Assembly (NCBI GenBank): GCA_002378195.1
Contig: DFRJ01000002.1
Location: 329,677 to 393,676, forward strand
DNA length: 64,000 nt
Source: Patescibacteria group bacterium UBA3466
GTDB taxonomy: Bacteria > Patescibacteriota > Minisyncoccia > Phycocordibacterales > UBA918
Direction: 5' to 3'
Shown: positions 36,956 through 47,669 of the stretch, piece by piece
How positions within the stretch are numbered: position 1 is the first letter of the stretch
Layout of the letters: each line of letters starts with the position of its first letter
Notes under the pieces: model-generated
Database searches by the model: none
The model's input: only the letters and a program-made list of their open reading frames with translations
Told to the model about the DNA's origin: nothing
Made by a program: the position numbers and the translations under genes

Positions 36956-38701
36956 ATGGCCATTCAACCTGAATCGTCACCTAGTCTGATAGACCGTTTT
37001 CTCCATATTATTGAGTCTGCTGCCGCCAGCGACCGCTTTCTACTGCGCTTAGCTTTATTTGTAGTCATTTTTTCTGGTATCTGGGTTCTATATTCTCTGA
37101 ATATTCAACACTCTGAAGATACGCCGACTTACGGGGGTGACGTGATTGAAGGTGTGCTCGGTACTCCACGTTATGTCAATCCGGTCTTAGCTATAACCCG
37201 GGCCGATCAAGACTTAGTAGCCCTGCTTTACAGCGGCCTGATGAAAATCGACTCTAAGGGCGATCTCGTGAACGAAATTGCCGACAGTATCACCATCTCT
37301 GACGACGGTCTCACCTACAACATCATTCTCCGAAACGACATCACCTTCCACGACGGCACACCACTGACCGCCAGAGACGTTGTCTATACCATTCAACTCC
37401 TTCAAGATCCGGAACTAAAAAGCCCCCAGAGAGGAAATTGGACAGACATTATCGTAGAGGAGATCGGCGAGTACGAGCTCAATATTGTACTCGAAGAAGC
37501 CTATGCTCCTTTTATTGAGAATCTCACCATCGGCATTATGCCCGCTCATGCTTGGAGCGACCTGTCAGTAGAAAAACTACCGTTTAGTCAGCTAAACACT
37601 GAACCGATTGGTTCAGGGCCATATCGACTAGAACGCGCTCTGCGAGACACTTCTGGTTTAGTGAGTCAATATACTCTGGCCGCTTTCCCCGAGCACACCA
37701 CTGCGCCCAAGATCAGTCAGATACAAGTGCTATTTTATGAAAACGAAGAAGATCTTCTATCCGCCTTGGCCGATAAGGAAATCGAAGCTACTGCCTATAT
37801 TCCGCAAGCTATCGTGAACGACAATATCCCAAGAGGATACACCTTAATAGAGGAAGCATTACCAAGAACTTTTGCGGTCTTTTTCAACCAAAACCGCTCA
37901 GCTGCTCTCCGTGACACGGCTGCTCGTGAAGCCTTGACAGCTGCCCTAGATCGAGACGAATTAATAGCAAAAGCTTTCTTTGGGCACGGTGTCCCCATCG
38001 AGACACCTACCGGAAAAGCCGGCTCTCAGTTAGAATCAAGTGACGACACCGAAGAAAGCGTCTCCACCTCTACTCCAACTGAATTAGCAATCGAAATTCT
38101 CGAAGAAGGCGGCTGGGAACAAAATGATTTAGGTGTGTGGGAGAAAGAAATTGGCGATGATACAGTTGCCCTTAGTATCACGCTGCGAACCAGCAACGCT
38201 CCATTGTTTGAATCCCTCTCAGGTTTGATTGCTCAGCAATGGGAAACGGTAGGGGTTCAAGTGACCACAGAACAATTTGAGCAATCTGGATTAATTGGAT
38301 CAGTAATTCGACCTCGTGACTTCCAAGCACTTTTATTTGGTCACGATCTCAGTCGATCCTACGATTTATATCCAATTTGGCACTCATCACAACAAAGTGA
38401 TCCGGGGCTGAATGTGGCCCAGTATGCCAACATCAGCGTGGATGAACTACTGGAAGAAGCTCGAGTTGAACGTGATGAGGATGTGCGCATGAGCGCTCTC
38501 ACTGAAGCCAGTCAGATAATTGCGGAGGAGAAGCCAGCTATTTTTATCGCTCAGCCGACTCTTACCTACATTATCAGTGACGACATAACCACGTCAGACA
38601 TCAACGAAATTAGCCGACCAGCCGATCGATTCAGCAATATAGCTGAGTGGCACACCGAAAGTGACTCGCTCTGGCCTATGTTCCGAAGAGACATTGAGTA
38701 A
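36956..38701 (+). CDS. Family-5 solute-binding protein (OppA/DppA-like peptide/nickel ABC SBP) with an N-terminal TM anchor
   Basis: YGGDVIEGVLGTPRYVNPVLAITRADQDLVALLYSGLMK is the SBP_bac_5 N-terminal signature. No permease or ATPase genes are adjacent. Confidence 0.7.
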   Translation: MAIQPESSPSLIDRFLHIIESAAASDRFLLRLALFVVIFSGIWVLYSLNIQHSEDTPTYGGDVIEGVLGTPRYVNPVLAITRADQDLVALLYSGLMKIDSKGDLVNEIADSITISDDGLTYNIILRNDITFHDGTPLTARDVVYTIQLLQDPELKSPQRGNWTDIIVEEIGEYELNIVLEEAYAPFIENLTIGIMPAHAWSDLSVEKLPFSQLNTEPIGSGPYRLERALRDTSGLVSQYTLAAFPEHTTAPKISQIQVLFYENEEDLLSALADKEIEATAYIPQAIVNDNIPRGYTLIEEALPRTFAVFFNQNRSAALRDTAAREALTAALDRDELIAKAFFGHGVPIETPTGKAGSQLESSDDTEESVSTSTPTELAIEILEEGGWEQNDLGVWEKEIGDDTVALSITLRTSNAPLFESLSGLIAQQWETVGVQVTTEQFEQSGLIGSVIRPRDFQALLFGHDLSRSYDLYPIWHSSQQSDPGLNVAQYANISVDELLEEARVERDEDVRMSALTEASQIIAEEKPAIFIAQPTLTYIISDDITTSDINEISRPADRFSNIAEWHTESDSLWPMFRRDIE

Positions 38702-38712
38702 ACATTTACATA

Positions 38713-40707
38713 TTGAAAGTTATTATTAAAAAATTTATGAACGAAACAGAAAAAACAACAACGAATCAATCAACTGACCGACCGCGACGACATCGAAATA
38801 ACAATCGACGAAACGGTGGTCATGGAGGGAACCGCAATCAACCACGACGCGGCAACCAAGGTGGTGCACCTGGCCGCTCAAACGAGCGCTCAAATGGTAA
38901 GCCGCCAGCCAAACGCAATGGACGAAAGCGTCGCAATAATCAATTTCGACGACGATCAAACACGTCACCGGCTTTGGCGCACCGGTTAAACGTCACCGAC
39001 GACAAAATGCCGGTCATTCCAGAAATTACTGATGAAGACACAGTCCGAATTATTCCAGTTTCTGGAGTTGAAGAAATCGGGCGAAACATGAACATTATCG
39101 AAACCAAAGATGACATCATCGTGGTGGACGCTGGTTTCCAGTTTGTTAATGAAGAAAGTAATGCCCCAGGGATCAACTACATCCTACCGAACACGCAATA
39201 CCTAGAAGAGCGGAAGCATAAAATTCGCGCTCTTGTGGTAACTCATGGTCACTTGGACCACATCGGTGGTATTCCATTTATCATGGAGAGAATTGGCAAT
39301 CCACCAGTCTACACCCAATACCTCACTTCCCTAATGATCCTCAAACGACAGGAAGAATTCCCACACATGGATCCAATCGACATGCGAGTGATCAAAGAAG
39401 GAGAAAGCTTCACTGTTGGAAACACTAAGATCAAAACCTTCCGGGTAACTCACTCGATTCCTGACGCAATGGGTGTCTGTGTTGAAACCAAGCACGGAGA
39501 CGTTGTAGTAACCGGTGACATCAAGCTGGTCCATGAAGACGGAAAAGTGGTAGTGGAAGAACGAGGTCAATGGGAAAAGGTTGGCGAAAACAACAACCTG
39601 GCACTTCTGTGTGATTCCACCAACTCAGACCGAGCTGGATTCTCAGCTTCAGAAGCTAAGGTATTTGAAACCCTTGAGGAAATCATTAAAAAATCTACCG
39701 GTCGACTCATCGTTGGTACTTTCGCTTCACAATTCGATCGACTAATCAGTATTGTTAAAGTCTGCGAAGAAATGAACAAGAAGGTAGTAATGGAAGGTCG
39801 GAGTATCAAAACCAACATTGAGATTGCTCTACAAGCAAAGTTAATGGAAGCAAAGCCTGGTACTTTTATTAACGCCGGAGACATCAATGACTATCCTGCC
39901 GATAAGATCGTAATCCTATCGACTGGAGCCCAGGGTGAACAATTTGCCGCCTTGATGCGTATGGCGACAGATAAGCACAAATTTATCACCTTAAGCGAAC
40001 GAGACACTATTGTATTGTCCTCATCTGTGATCCCGGGTAATGAAATTGCCGTACAAAAACTAAAGGATAATATTTACCGTAAGAACGTTCGAGTGATCAA
40101 CTACCAAGGTTCGCACGTCCACTCATCTGGACATGGTAACGCCGGAGAATTGGTATGGGTACACCAGACTGTGAAGCCAAAATTCTTGATTCCGGTACAC
40201 GGTCATCACTATCACCTAAAGAGCCATCGTAACGCAGCCGTTGAGAACGGTTTCCCGAAGGAAAATGTGCCAGTGCCTGACAACGGTTCTATTATCGACA
40301 TCAAAAACGGTAGCGAGTTAACGGTTCAGCCAATGAAGATTCCTAATGAACTCATGATGGTTGATGGAACTACTGTCGGAACAAGACAAGAAGTAGTGCT
40401 ACGCGATCGAACAACCCTGTCTGAGGATGGAATGTTTGTTATTATCGCCACTGTTAATTCGAAGACTGGTAAACTACGAAAGTCGCCAGACATTATCTCA
40501 CGTGGATTTGTCTACCTAAGAGAAAACCAGCAACTACTCTCAGAGGCCAGAGTCTTGATCAAGAAGACCGTTGAGAAGCAGACTGAAAGAATGCATCCAC
40601 TAGACTTGGAAACAGTAAAGGATGAACTGACAGACGTAGTAACCAGTTTCCTACTCCAGAAAACACAAAAGAACCCAATGGTCATTCCTGTGCTAATTGG
40701 TATATAG
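38713..40707 (+). CDS. rnj: Ribonuclease J (metallo-beta-lactamase/beta-CASP) with a ~100-aa highly basic, low-complexity N-terminal extension
   Basis: VTHGHLDHIGGIP and the beta-CASP motifs identify RNase J. The N-terminus (RPRRHRNNNRRNGGHGGNRNQPRRGNQGG...) is R/N/G-rich. Confidence 0.85.
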   Translation: MKVIIKKFMNETEKTTTNQSTDRPRRHRNNNRRNGGHGGNRNQPRRGNQGGAPGRSNERSNGKPPAKRNGRKRRNNQFRRRSNTSPALAHRLNVTDDKMPVIPEITDEDTVRIIPVSGVEEIGRNMNIIETKDDIIVVDAGFQFVNEESNAPGINYILPNTQYLEERKHKIRALVVTHGHLDHIGGIPFIMERIGNPPVYTQYLTSLMILKRQEEFPHMDPIDMRVIKEGESFTVGNTKIKTFRVTHSIPDAMGVCVETKHGDVVVTGDIKLVHEDGKVVVEERGQWEKVGENNNLALLCDSTNSDRAGFSASEAKVFETLEEIIKKSTGRLIVGTFASQFDRLISIVKVCEEMNKKVVMEGRSIKTNIEIALQAKLMEAKPGTFINAGDINDYPADKIVILSTGAQGEQFAALMRMATDKHKFITLSERDTIVLSSSVIPGNEIAVQKLKDNIYRKNVRVINYQGSHVHSSGHGNAGELVWVHQTVKPKFLIPVHGHHYHLKSHRNAAVENGFPKENVPVPDNGSIIDIKNGSELTVQPMKIPNELMMVDGTTVGTRQEVVLRDRTTLSEDGMFVIIATVNSKTGKLRKSPDIISRGFVYLRENQQLLSEARVLIKKTVEKQTERMHPLDLETVKDELTDVVTSFLLQKTQKNPMVIPVLIGI

Positions 40708-40790
40708 CCTTTAAAGGCGTTCGTAAATTCCATCATTCCTAATGGAATTTATCTAACAAAACTAGCCCTGGAGCTGGTTTTGTTAGATGT

Positions 40791-40826
40791 AAAGGCCGAA
40801 AGCTTCGCTTTCGGCCTTTACTTTTA
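40791..40826 (+). terminator. Intrinsic terminator AAAGGCCGAAAGCTTCGCTTTCGGCCTTTACTTTT after rnj
   Basis: Read directly from the sequence. Confidence 0.7.
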
Positions 40827-40876
40827 ATTATTAAATAGTACGATTCCCGCAGAAACCCTTTGCACAGGACGCAACA

Positions 40877-41257
40877 ATGTCAAACCCATACCCAGTTAAG
40901 CAGTTATCTTTTCGCGGAGACAATAACCAATCATTTGCCATTCTCAGAATCCGCCAGGTAGGACCACTATCGTGTCGCTGGCGCATTACTCTGAAAGAAC
41001 CAGGCGGTCGAGACCGACTAGAGATAAAGGAAACCATCAGTGACCCGTATGACGATGTGGACAATATCACGACGGTACATCTTGACCAGTCTCCCCCATC
41101 AACCAGATTTCGGTTTTTGCGTGAGCACACCAACAATCAGCTCATATTTGAGTTTGTGATCAAGCTTAAGAATTCACGTAATTCAGCTACCCAAGTCGCG
41201 GTATTAAACAGCTTTGTTCAGACATTCATGGATGACACTAGACAGAATCCTATGTAG
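40877..41257 (+). CDS. Hypothetical protein (126 aa)
   Basis: ORF followed by terminator hairpin 41272-41302 (TAGCCGGCAGAAAC-TTCG-GTTTCTGCCGGCTA) and a T-run. Confidence 0.35.
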   Translation: MSNPYPVKQLSFRGDNNQSFAILRIRQVGPLSCRWRITLKEPGGRDRLEIKETISDPYDDVDNITTVHLDQSPPSTRFRFLREHTNNQLIFEFVIKLKNSRNSATQVAVLNSFVQTFMDDTRQNPM

Positions 41258-41316
41258 TCACAAGTTGTTCATAGCCGGCAGAAACTTCGTTTCTGCCGGC
41301 TATAATGTTTTTATAT

Positions 41317-42516
41317 ATGCCTACACCAGATCACAACATAAGCTTAAAGCGCAGCAAGCGTAGCAACATCATTCCGGTATACATTGCCACCTTACTACTA
41401 ATCTTTCACTCATTTGTCGTTGCCTATATCAACTCATCCTTCCTGGAGCAATTTATTGATACCTCCAGCGTCGGAACCATCTACACCATCGGTTCGGCAG
41501 TGAGTGTGATCATATTTCTCTTTGTCTCAAGAGTATTGCATAAAGTAGGTAATTATCGCTTATCGCTCATACTACTCATCCTCAACCTGCTCGCAGTCAC
41601 TGGCATGGCTTTTGCAGACAGTATGAGAGAGGCTGTGCCTTTATTCTTGATTCACCTGATATCTGTCCCGTTAATCATCTTCAATCTCGACGTATTTATG
41701 GAAGAACAGATTGGAAATAATGAAACAGTGACTGGCAGTCGGCGTGGTCTACTGCTCACGTTATCTAGCATTATTGGTGCTATTTCTCCTTTTTTAAGCA
41801 GTCTCATTATCGAAAGTTCTGGCGGTACCTTTACTAATGTGTACCTATTGAGTGCCGGTACTCTCATTCCGATTATTGCTATCTTGATTATATTTTTCAG
41901 CAATTTCAGCGACCCGACTTATGATGAAATTGATGTCTTTGCCGCCATCAAAACCTTCTGGGACAACATCAATATTCGCAATGTATTCCTAGCTAATTTC
42001 AGCCTGCAAATGTTCTTTATGCTCATGGTGGTATTTGCTCCACTCTATCTAACTAGAGACATCGGACTAACCTGGGCAGAGTTTGGAATCATTATGTTCT
42101 TCGCTCAAATGGCTTATGTCATCCTGGAATACCCTATTGGCATAGTGGCCGATAAATACATCGGCGAGAAAGAGATGATGGGCTTAGGTTTTTTAATTAT
42201 TGCCATATCAACGTCATGGATATCATTCACCGTCACCACTAGCGTCGTTGTGTGGTCTACCATCATGTTTATCACTAGGGTCGGAGCTAGTTTTGTTGAA
42301 GCCACTACTGAAAGCTACTTCTTTAAGCAAACAAAAAGTAGCGACGCTCAAGTCATCAGTTTCTTTAGAGTCACCAGGCCATTAGCTTATGTATTTGGTG
42401 CCATGATCGCCAGCTTCACCCTGCTCTATTTACCATTTAATCTACTCTTCGTAGTTGTCGCAGCCATGATGATACCGGCCATGTTCTTCACAATCGGCAT
42501 CAAGGACACCAAATAA
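41317..42516 (+). CDS. MFS-type transporter (12 predicted TM helices)
   Basis: Hydrophobicity pattern and length. The start is probably the MPTPDH ATG at 41317, because 41305 falls inside the upstream terminator T-run. Confidence 0.55.
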   Translation: MPTPDHNISLKRSKRSNIIPVYIATLLLIFHSFVVAYINSSFLEQFIDTSSVGTIYTIGSAVSVIIFLFVSRVLHKVGNYRLSLILLILNLLAVTGMAFADSMREAVPLFLIHLISVPLIIFNLDVFMEEQIGNNETVTGSRRGLLLTLSSIIGAISPFLSSLIIESSGGTFTNVYLLSAGTLIPIIAILIIFFSNFSDPTYDEIDVFAAIKTFWDNINIRNVFLANFSLQMFFMLMVVFAPLYLTRDIGLTWAEFGIIMFFAQMAYVILEYPIGIVADKYIGEKEMMGLGFLIIAISTSWISFTVTTSVVVWSTIMFITRVGASFVEATTESYFFKQTKSSDAQVISFFRVTRPLAYVFGAMIASFTLLYLPFNLLFVVVAAMMIPAMFFTIGIKDTK

Positions 42517-42517
42517 G

Positions 42518-42742
42518 CTAGTCTATCTCGTAATCAACGCGCCTCTTAAAATCATCTTTAGGCATCACTATCCAACCAGCCAAATAAAGCAGAATGCCAG
42601 GGAACAAACCAGTCAGGAGCAAGAAGGCAATCGCCAGCACCCTAAAAAGCACCGGGTCCTGATTGTAGTATCTAGCCAGACCTGATAAAACACCAGCTAC
42701 CACCTTCTCCTCCTCATCTCTTTTTAATCGCTTTTTTTTCAT
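42518..42742 (-). CDS. PspC-domain small membrane protein
   Basis: VVAGVLSGLARYYNQDPVLFRVLAIAFLLLTGLFPGILLYLAGWIVMP matches the PspC domain. The likely start is MKKKRL. Confidence 0.55.
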   Translation of the reverse strand: MKKKRLKRDEEEKVVAGVLSGLARYYNQDPVLFRVLAIAFLLLTGLFPGILLYLAGWIVMPKDDFKRRVDYEID

Positions 42743-42743
42743 A

Positions 42744-43430
42744 TTACATGTGATAAACAACGTCTTTACGCTCAACCACAACCTTCCACCCCGACCGCTT
42801 TGCGTATTCGTATAGATGTTTATTTGGATTAAAACATATCTGCTCAGTCACAGATTCTAACAAAGGCACGTCACCTTCTGTATCGCCGACAGCGATCGAG
42901 TCGTCACGTGTTAGGTCTGGATTTCTATCAAAAACCCGTTTTACAATATTAGCCTTATTTTGAATCAGGTGCTCATCTAATACCTCACCGGTAAAACAGT
43001 CCTGTGGTCCAATCTCATAAATGCGACCGTAGACCTTATCAAAACCATACTGCTTACAAAACTCATCCAAAACTGTTTTAGGTGATTGTGATATAGCGAC
43101 CACGAAATAACCATCTTCTTTTAACTTCGAAATCAAATCTCTAGTATAGCGATAGACATACTTACTTTGCTGGTCGACAACTTCTTTACCGATATCAGCT
43201 AATGCACCGTAGTGTACCCCCTTAATATGCGCCAAAAATGTGTCGATAACTGCTTGAATATAAGTTTCATACTTTCCTTCCCGAGACCGCCAAGCTTGAC
43301 GCTCTACTTCAAACTGCTCAGCCGCCTCAGCAGGAAATACACCATCTGCTATCAAGCGATCTACTAGCTGAATCAATAAACTTGATCGGAACACAGTTCC
43401 GTCAATGTCAAAAAAGGCAACCTTTTTCAT
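42744..43430 (-). CDS. HAD-superfamily hydrolase (HAD-IB, phosphoserine phosphatase-like)
   Basis: Motif I FFDIDGTVF at the N-terminus. The length and fold pattern are HAD-like. Confidence 0.65.
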   Translation of the reverse strand: MKKVAFFDIDGTVFRSSLLIQLVDRLIADGVFPAEAAEQFEVERQAWRSREGKYETYIQAVIDTFLAHIKGVHYGALADIGKEVVDQQSKYVYRYTRDLISKLKEDGYFVVAISQSPKTVLDEFCKQYGFDKVYGRIYEIGPQDCFTGEVLDEHLIQNKANIVKRVFDRNPDLTRDDSIAVGDTEGDVPLLESVTEQICFNPNKHLYEYAKRSGWKVVVERKDVVYHM

Positions 43431-43436
43431 AATTGA

Positions 43437-44570
43437 CTAACCAAGATGTTTACGTTTCTCAAGAATTAAGTTGGTGATTCCTCCAAGTGCCAAGATAAAC
43501 AAAATTAGTTTTACCACCCCACCTATGACAGGCAGGAAAGAGAGTACGGCATACCCGACAAAACCAATGATTATGGTAAGCAGGGTTGTAACACGACTAT
43601 TCTGACTAAAAGCTACTTGTAGTAATTTACCTAGCACAACCATCATTGCAATACCGCTCATAAACAACATGACGATATAACCGAACAACAAAACGAAGCC
43701 GAGCATAGAGCCAACAATACTCACAAACAAGAGAATGGCAGCGATCGGTAGCAGGATAAAAGTAGCAAAGCCGAGTAAAACTGGCTTTGGACTAGGCTGC
43801 AACGCACTGTTTATCAAAGCGTTTAGTGAACGCTTTGAAATTAGGAACCAAGCTAGGGCTGCAAACAAAATCATCAAGCTAGGAATAATCCATGACCAAG
43901 TAGAATCAACTGGTTCGACAAAAACAGGATCGGTTCTGACGGTCTCCCCGCCAACAGAGGCGTCGAAAGCTTGAATTAGCTCATTACTACTCTCATAGGT
44001 CACAGAACCAACGATCGCAGCTCTATCACCAAGAGTTAGCTGACCACTAGTGACGTCTACGTCCCCTTCTACCAACGCGTCAATTCGCAAATCACTGACA
44101 GTCCCAATCACGTCACCAGCCACTGGCGCCTCTACCGTGACATCACCTCCGTACACCAACAAATCTCCCGCAATTGAGGCTGTAGATAAAATATCCACTT
44201 CGCCCCCTACCACCATTACATCTCCCTCGACCGGCTCAGCAATAACCACCTCACCAGCCACAATCCTCAAATCGTCACCGATTATCCCGTGTGAATCTAC
44301 GCTACCGGCAATCAAAAAAGCGTGCGAACCTACTGAACCATTGATAACCACCTGCCCACCGGCAGCTACTAGATCTTCTTCCACCACTCCAGAAACACTG
44401 AGCGTCTCAGCCACTGAATAAAAATCTCCATTAATTACTTTCTCTTCGGCGATTGATACATTTTCCCCTGAGCGCACCACTGTATCAGCCCAAGCTGCTT
44501 GAGTTGCGGCAAAAAATACTAGGAGAGCAACAAGTACCGCCGTAAGATAATTGTTAGCTATTGCTTTCAT
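43437..44570 (-). CDS. Membrane protein with a secreted N-terminal GD/V-rich beta-helical (bactofilin-like) repeat region and a C-terminal multi-TM domain
   Basis: Signal peptide. Repeated (A/V)GD(V/L) motifs. Four C-terminal TM helices. The family assignment is tentative. Confidence 0.4.
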   Translation of the reverse strand: MKAIANNYLTAVLVALLVFFAATQAAWADTVVRSGENVSIAEEKVINGDFYSVAETLSVSGVVEEDLVAAGGQVVINGSVGSHAFLIAGSVDSHGIIGDDLRIVAGEVVIAEPVEGDVMVVGGEVDILSTASIAGDLLVYGGDVTVEAPVAGDVIGTVSDLRIDALVEGDVDVTSGQLTLGDRAAIVGSVTYESSNELIQAFDASVGGETVRTDPVFVEPVDSTWSWIIPSLMILFAALAWFLISKRSLNALINSALQPSPKPVLLGFATFILLPIAAILLFVSIVGSMLGFVLLFGYIVMLFMSGIAMMVVLGKLLQVAFSQNSRVTTLLTIIIGFVGYAVLSFLPVIGGVVKLILFILALGGITNLILEKRKHLG

Positions 44571-45357
44571 TGTCTTTGATTATATCATCACTAATAACCT
44601 TTGCTTCCACATTCTTTTCTTCAGATATTTTAACTGCTACTTCCGCAATCACTTTGTTTTCTTCCTCTACTTTCTCGTTTTCTTTCTTTACTGTGGATTC
44701 GGCAATATTCTGCTTCTCAGACAGGTTCATCATCAAAAATATAATGATAGCCGTACCAATAATACCAATCATGTTTAAGGCAAAAATCATCAGTGCGCCC
44801 GACACAACACTTACATCAAAAGCCGCTATCCCCACACCAACAGTCGCCAGCGGTGGCACCAACGCTACAGCAATGGCCACTCCGGGCAGGGCGTCATTCC
44901 ACTCTGGTCGAGCCAACATGTACGCCACTGCACCTCCGGCAATGACTGCTACTAGGAGATGCAGTAAATCTGGCTCTGTGCGTGAAGTAACTTCGTAAGT
45001 CTCGTAAGCCAGATCCATGGCATAAATAGAAATAACAGACGCTAATACCGACAATCCAAGCGCCCACATTAGCGACTTGATCAAGGTCTGCAAAGCTCGC
45101 TGAAATAGTCCGATATGATTACCGGACATTACAAAGCCCATCGCTACTCCCAGAATTGGATACATTAAGGGTGCAATCAACATGCTACCGATAACAATAG
45201 AGCTATTGTTCATCAACAAACCAAAGGTGGCCATCAAGGTCGAGGCACCGATCAAAAAGAAATAATCAAAGTCTGGAGTTCCGTTTTCTACTAGCTTTCT
45301 AATCAAGGCGGCCTTATCTTTGTCAGGCAGTGCTCTAAGTCGGGCAAATACAGTCAT
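44554..45357 (-). CDS. Membrane protein, DUF389-like (TIGR00341 family) with a cytoplasmic K/E-rich C-terminus
   Basis: The N-terminal region IGASTLMATFGLLMNNSSIVIGSMLIAPLMYPILG resembles DUF389. Confidence 0.45.
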   Translation of the reverse strand: MTVFARLRALPDKDKAALIRKLVENGTPDFDYFFLIGASTLMATFGLLMNNSSIVIGSMLIAPLMYPILGVAMGFVMSGNHIGLFQRALQTLIKSLMWALGLSVLASVISIYAMDLAYETYEVTSRTEPDLLHLLVAVIAGGAVAYMLARPEWNDALPGVAIAVALVPPLATVGVGIAAFDVSVVSGALMIFALNMIGIIGTAIIIFLMMNLSEKQNIAESTVKKENEKVEEENKVIAEVAVKISEEKNVEAKVISDDIIKDNESNS

Positions 45358-45729
45358 GTTTATGTGATTACAGTGTAAGTTAGGTAATGTTATTTTGCAC
45401 TAATATAAAAGTGAGCACGGTAGCGATCAGCGCTCCTACCAATAGACCCAAACTGATAAGTAAAAATCTTTTCATCTTACTCAGCAATGTAAACTACCGG
45501 AGTTTGCAAAATACTAATAATGGTCAGAGCTAGCATGATCAAAAAAATCACACAACACAAAATCGCCAATCTCGGACGAGACAGCTCCATCTCACCAGTA
45601 TGCCAATTTCTGACAAACAAGAATGAAAAAGCGAATTTGATAAAACTCATAACTTACTATCTATATTCTATCAAAATAGATTGATAAAACTAAGTATTTT
45701 GTTCACTTTCAAAATTCAAATTGATCGAC

Positions 45730-46725
45730 TTATTCCGCAAACAGCTGCTGGCCTCTCTCCCACAATTCCTCGTGACCCTGCAGGTATAACCAGTACCACC
45801 ACTCCGCTCCCCATAAATATTGTTTTTCGAAGCGAGTTTGCTCAGCGTATAGGATAATATCTTCAAATTTATCTAGATTCATGCGAGTAAACTGCACCTC
45901 AATTGGCACATCAGTGACTGGCGCAATTAGCCACGGCTCAAGGGACAGCTCGACTAAAATAGATTCTTTTTGCCCATAAAAAGTCTTCCAAAAATTATCC
46001 TTCACTCGGTAAAACCAAGGTGGCAAAACTGTTCTAAATTGACCCAACTCCTGATTCCAAAAGTGCACATATACGCTAGTACCGAACATATCGCCCTTTT
46101 CATATGGTTTTTGCCAAGAACCGAGATTACCACTATCGGTCACCAATATCTTCCTAGTCTCATCCAACTCTCTAACCAAGGCTAATTCTTTATCAAAGAA
46201 ATCTTCATCGAGCTTTCCACAGTGCTCAAAGGCAAACAACTCCAAGTAAGGTTCATTTTCAATTTGCCACACGACAATCGCTGGACTGTGCTTGTATCTT
46301 TCGATTACCATCCTCATGTAATCAAGCTGTGATTTCTGCATTTCTTCTTTGGACATATTTTTAGTCCACTCTGGAATATGGCACTCCGGCCAGCGCGGCA
46401 ACCTTCGACCAACTGCAAAAATAATCTCTGCTCCCACCTCTTCGGCTCGTTTGATCTGATAGTCGAGTTCTTCAAAATTGTATATATTCGGCCTCGGTTC
46501 GACCATCGGCCAGTGTGCAGCCAAGCGCAAATGCCTCACACCCAAGTCATCCAAAATAGCGTCGTATGTCTGACGCCAATCCAAACCCAGCTCTCTGGCG
46601 TAAGGAGTATTAAACGACATACCATAGGTAATCTTCTCCGGCACCGGCTTCTGAGCCAGCATGACTAGTACAAAAATCAGTACTATTGCCAGGCCGGTAA
46701 AAATGTACATTAAATTTTTTAGCAT
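45730..46725 (-). CDS. Putative clan GH-A glycoside hydrolase (TIM barrel; VVWQIENEP catalytic acid/base motif) with an N-terminal TM anchor
   Basis: The NEP motif is in the expected context. The exact family is undetermined. Confidence 0.5.
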   Translation of the reverse strand: MLKNLMYIFTGLAIVLIFVLVMLAQKPVPEKITYGMSFNTPYARELGLDWRQTYDAILDDLGVRHLRLAAHWPMVEPRPNIYNFEELDYQIKRAEEVGAEIIFAVGRRLPRWPECHIPEWTKNMSKEEMQKSQLDYMRMVIERYKHSPAIVVWQIENEPYLELFAFEHCGKLDEDFFDKELALVRELDETRKILVTDSGNLGSWQKPYEKGDMFGTSVYVHFWNQELGQFRTVLPPWFYRVKDNFWKTFYGQKESILVELSLEPWLIAPVTDVPIEVQFTRMNLDKFEDIILYAEQTRFEKQYLWGAEWWYWLYLQGHEELWERGQQLFAE

Positions 46726-46731
46726 ACAAAT

Positions 46732-47664
46732 CTAGGTAAACAACACCACAAAACCAGTAAGGATAACCACGATATATAGCATCTTGCGCAGAAAAACTTG
46801 TGGCCTCATATCGCGATCGACCGCCGATTCTGGCAACCAATGCGCAAACAATAAGCTGATCAACAAAATAAACACGTACTGCAAGCCACCTAATGCTTGC
46901 ACCACTGCCACATCACCCATATCTGTTGCCCTCAATAACATAAACGCGGCAACACCCGCCAACAACTTAACCAACAACACGATACCGCCGGTTTTAGCCG
47001 ATGTCTCTTTTGTCTGATTTCTGATTTTATCCAAGTAAGCTGGGACCAGTAAGAGAGATAGTGTAAACAACACAAAACCAACCCGAGACCAGAAAAAGCC
47101 ATCGTCAAAACTGGTTTCCAAAAATAAACCCTTCATGGTGATGTAATGCAGCGCGAAGAATAAACCACTATGCAACACCTGCAGCACCACTGTCGCTTTC
47201 GGTAATGTTTGAGCCACCAGCATCGTACCGACCGACAACAAGACCACTCCGATAATAAAATTATCACTCAGACTTTCACCCAAAAACACATAACTAAGAC
47301 CAAATGAAGACAGTGCTGAAATTGAACCGATAATAGGCATCGTGCTCGACGCATCAGCCCTCTTGAGCGCATCAAACATTGATACCAGTGCAATAAAAAA
47401 TGTGTAGGCTGCCAAAAAAGACATCGCCACCACCTGGATAGTAGGGACTTGTACATTAGACAAAGCTGGCAGGCCGACGTTAGTGAGTCCAGGGATAAAG
47501 CTAAATATATAAATCAACACCCAAAACCCCGTCACTAAACAGGAGTAAAAAGCATACACAAAAGGCTTGGGCAGCACATTGGTATCAGATACTATGTACT
47601 TATCAAAAATTGCCACAATTGCGTTCAGGAATTGTCCAACTGTCGCCAGTAAAAGCCAGGTCAT
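46732..47664 (-). CDS. Polytopic membrane protein (about 10 TM), possibly a DMT/EamA-like permease
   Basis: Hydropathy only. It sits between two glycosidase genes. Confidence 0.4.
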   Translation of the reverse strand: MTWLLLATVGQFLNAIVAIFDKYIVSDTNVLPKPFVYAFYSCLVTGFWVLIYIFSFIPGLTNVGLPALSNVQVPTIQVVAMSFLAAYTFFIALVSMFDALKRADASSTMPIIGSISALSSFGLSYVFLGESLSDNFIIGVVLLSVGTMLVAQTLPKATVVLQVLHSGLFFALHYITMKGLFLETSFDDGFFWSRVGFVLFTLSLLLVPAYLDKIRNQTKETSAKTGGIVLLVKLLAGVAAFMLLRATDMGDVAVVQALGGLQYVFILLISLLFAHWLPESAVDRDMRPQVFLRKMLYIVVILTGFVVLFT

Positions 47665-47669
47665 TAGCT

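Noticed and set aside
45393-45655. Two tiny hydrophobic minus-strand ORFs (about 30 and 57 aa) in the 45358-45729 intergenic region
   Set aside because: They are below a reliable size, with no RBS or conservation evidence. They may be small membrane peptides but cannot be supported from sequence alone.
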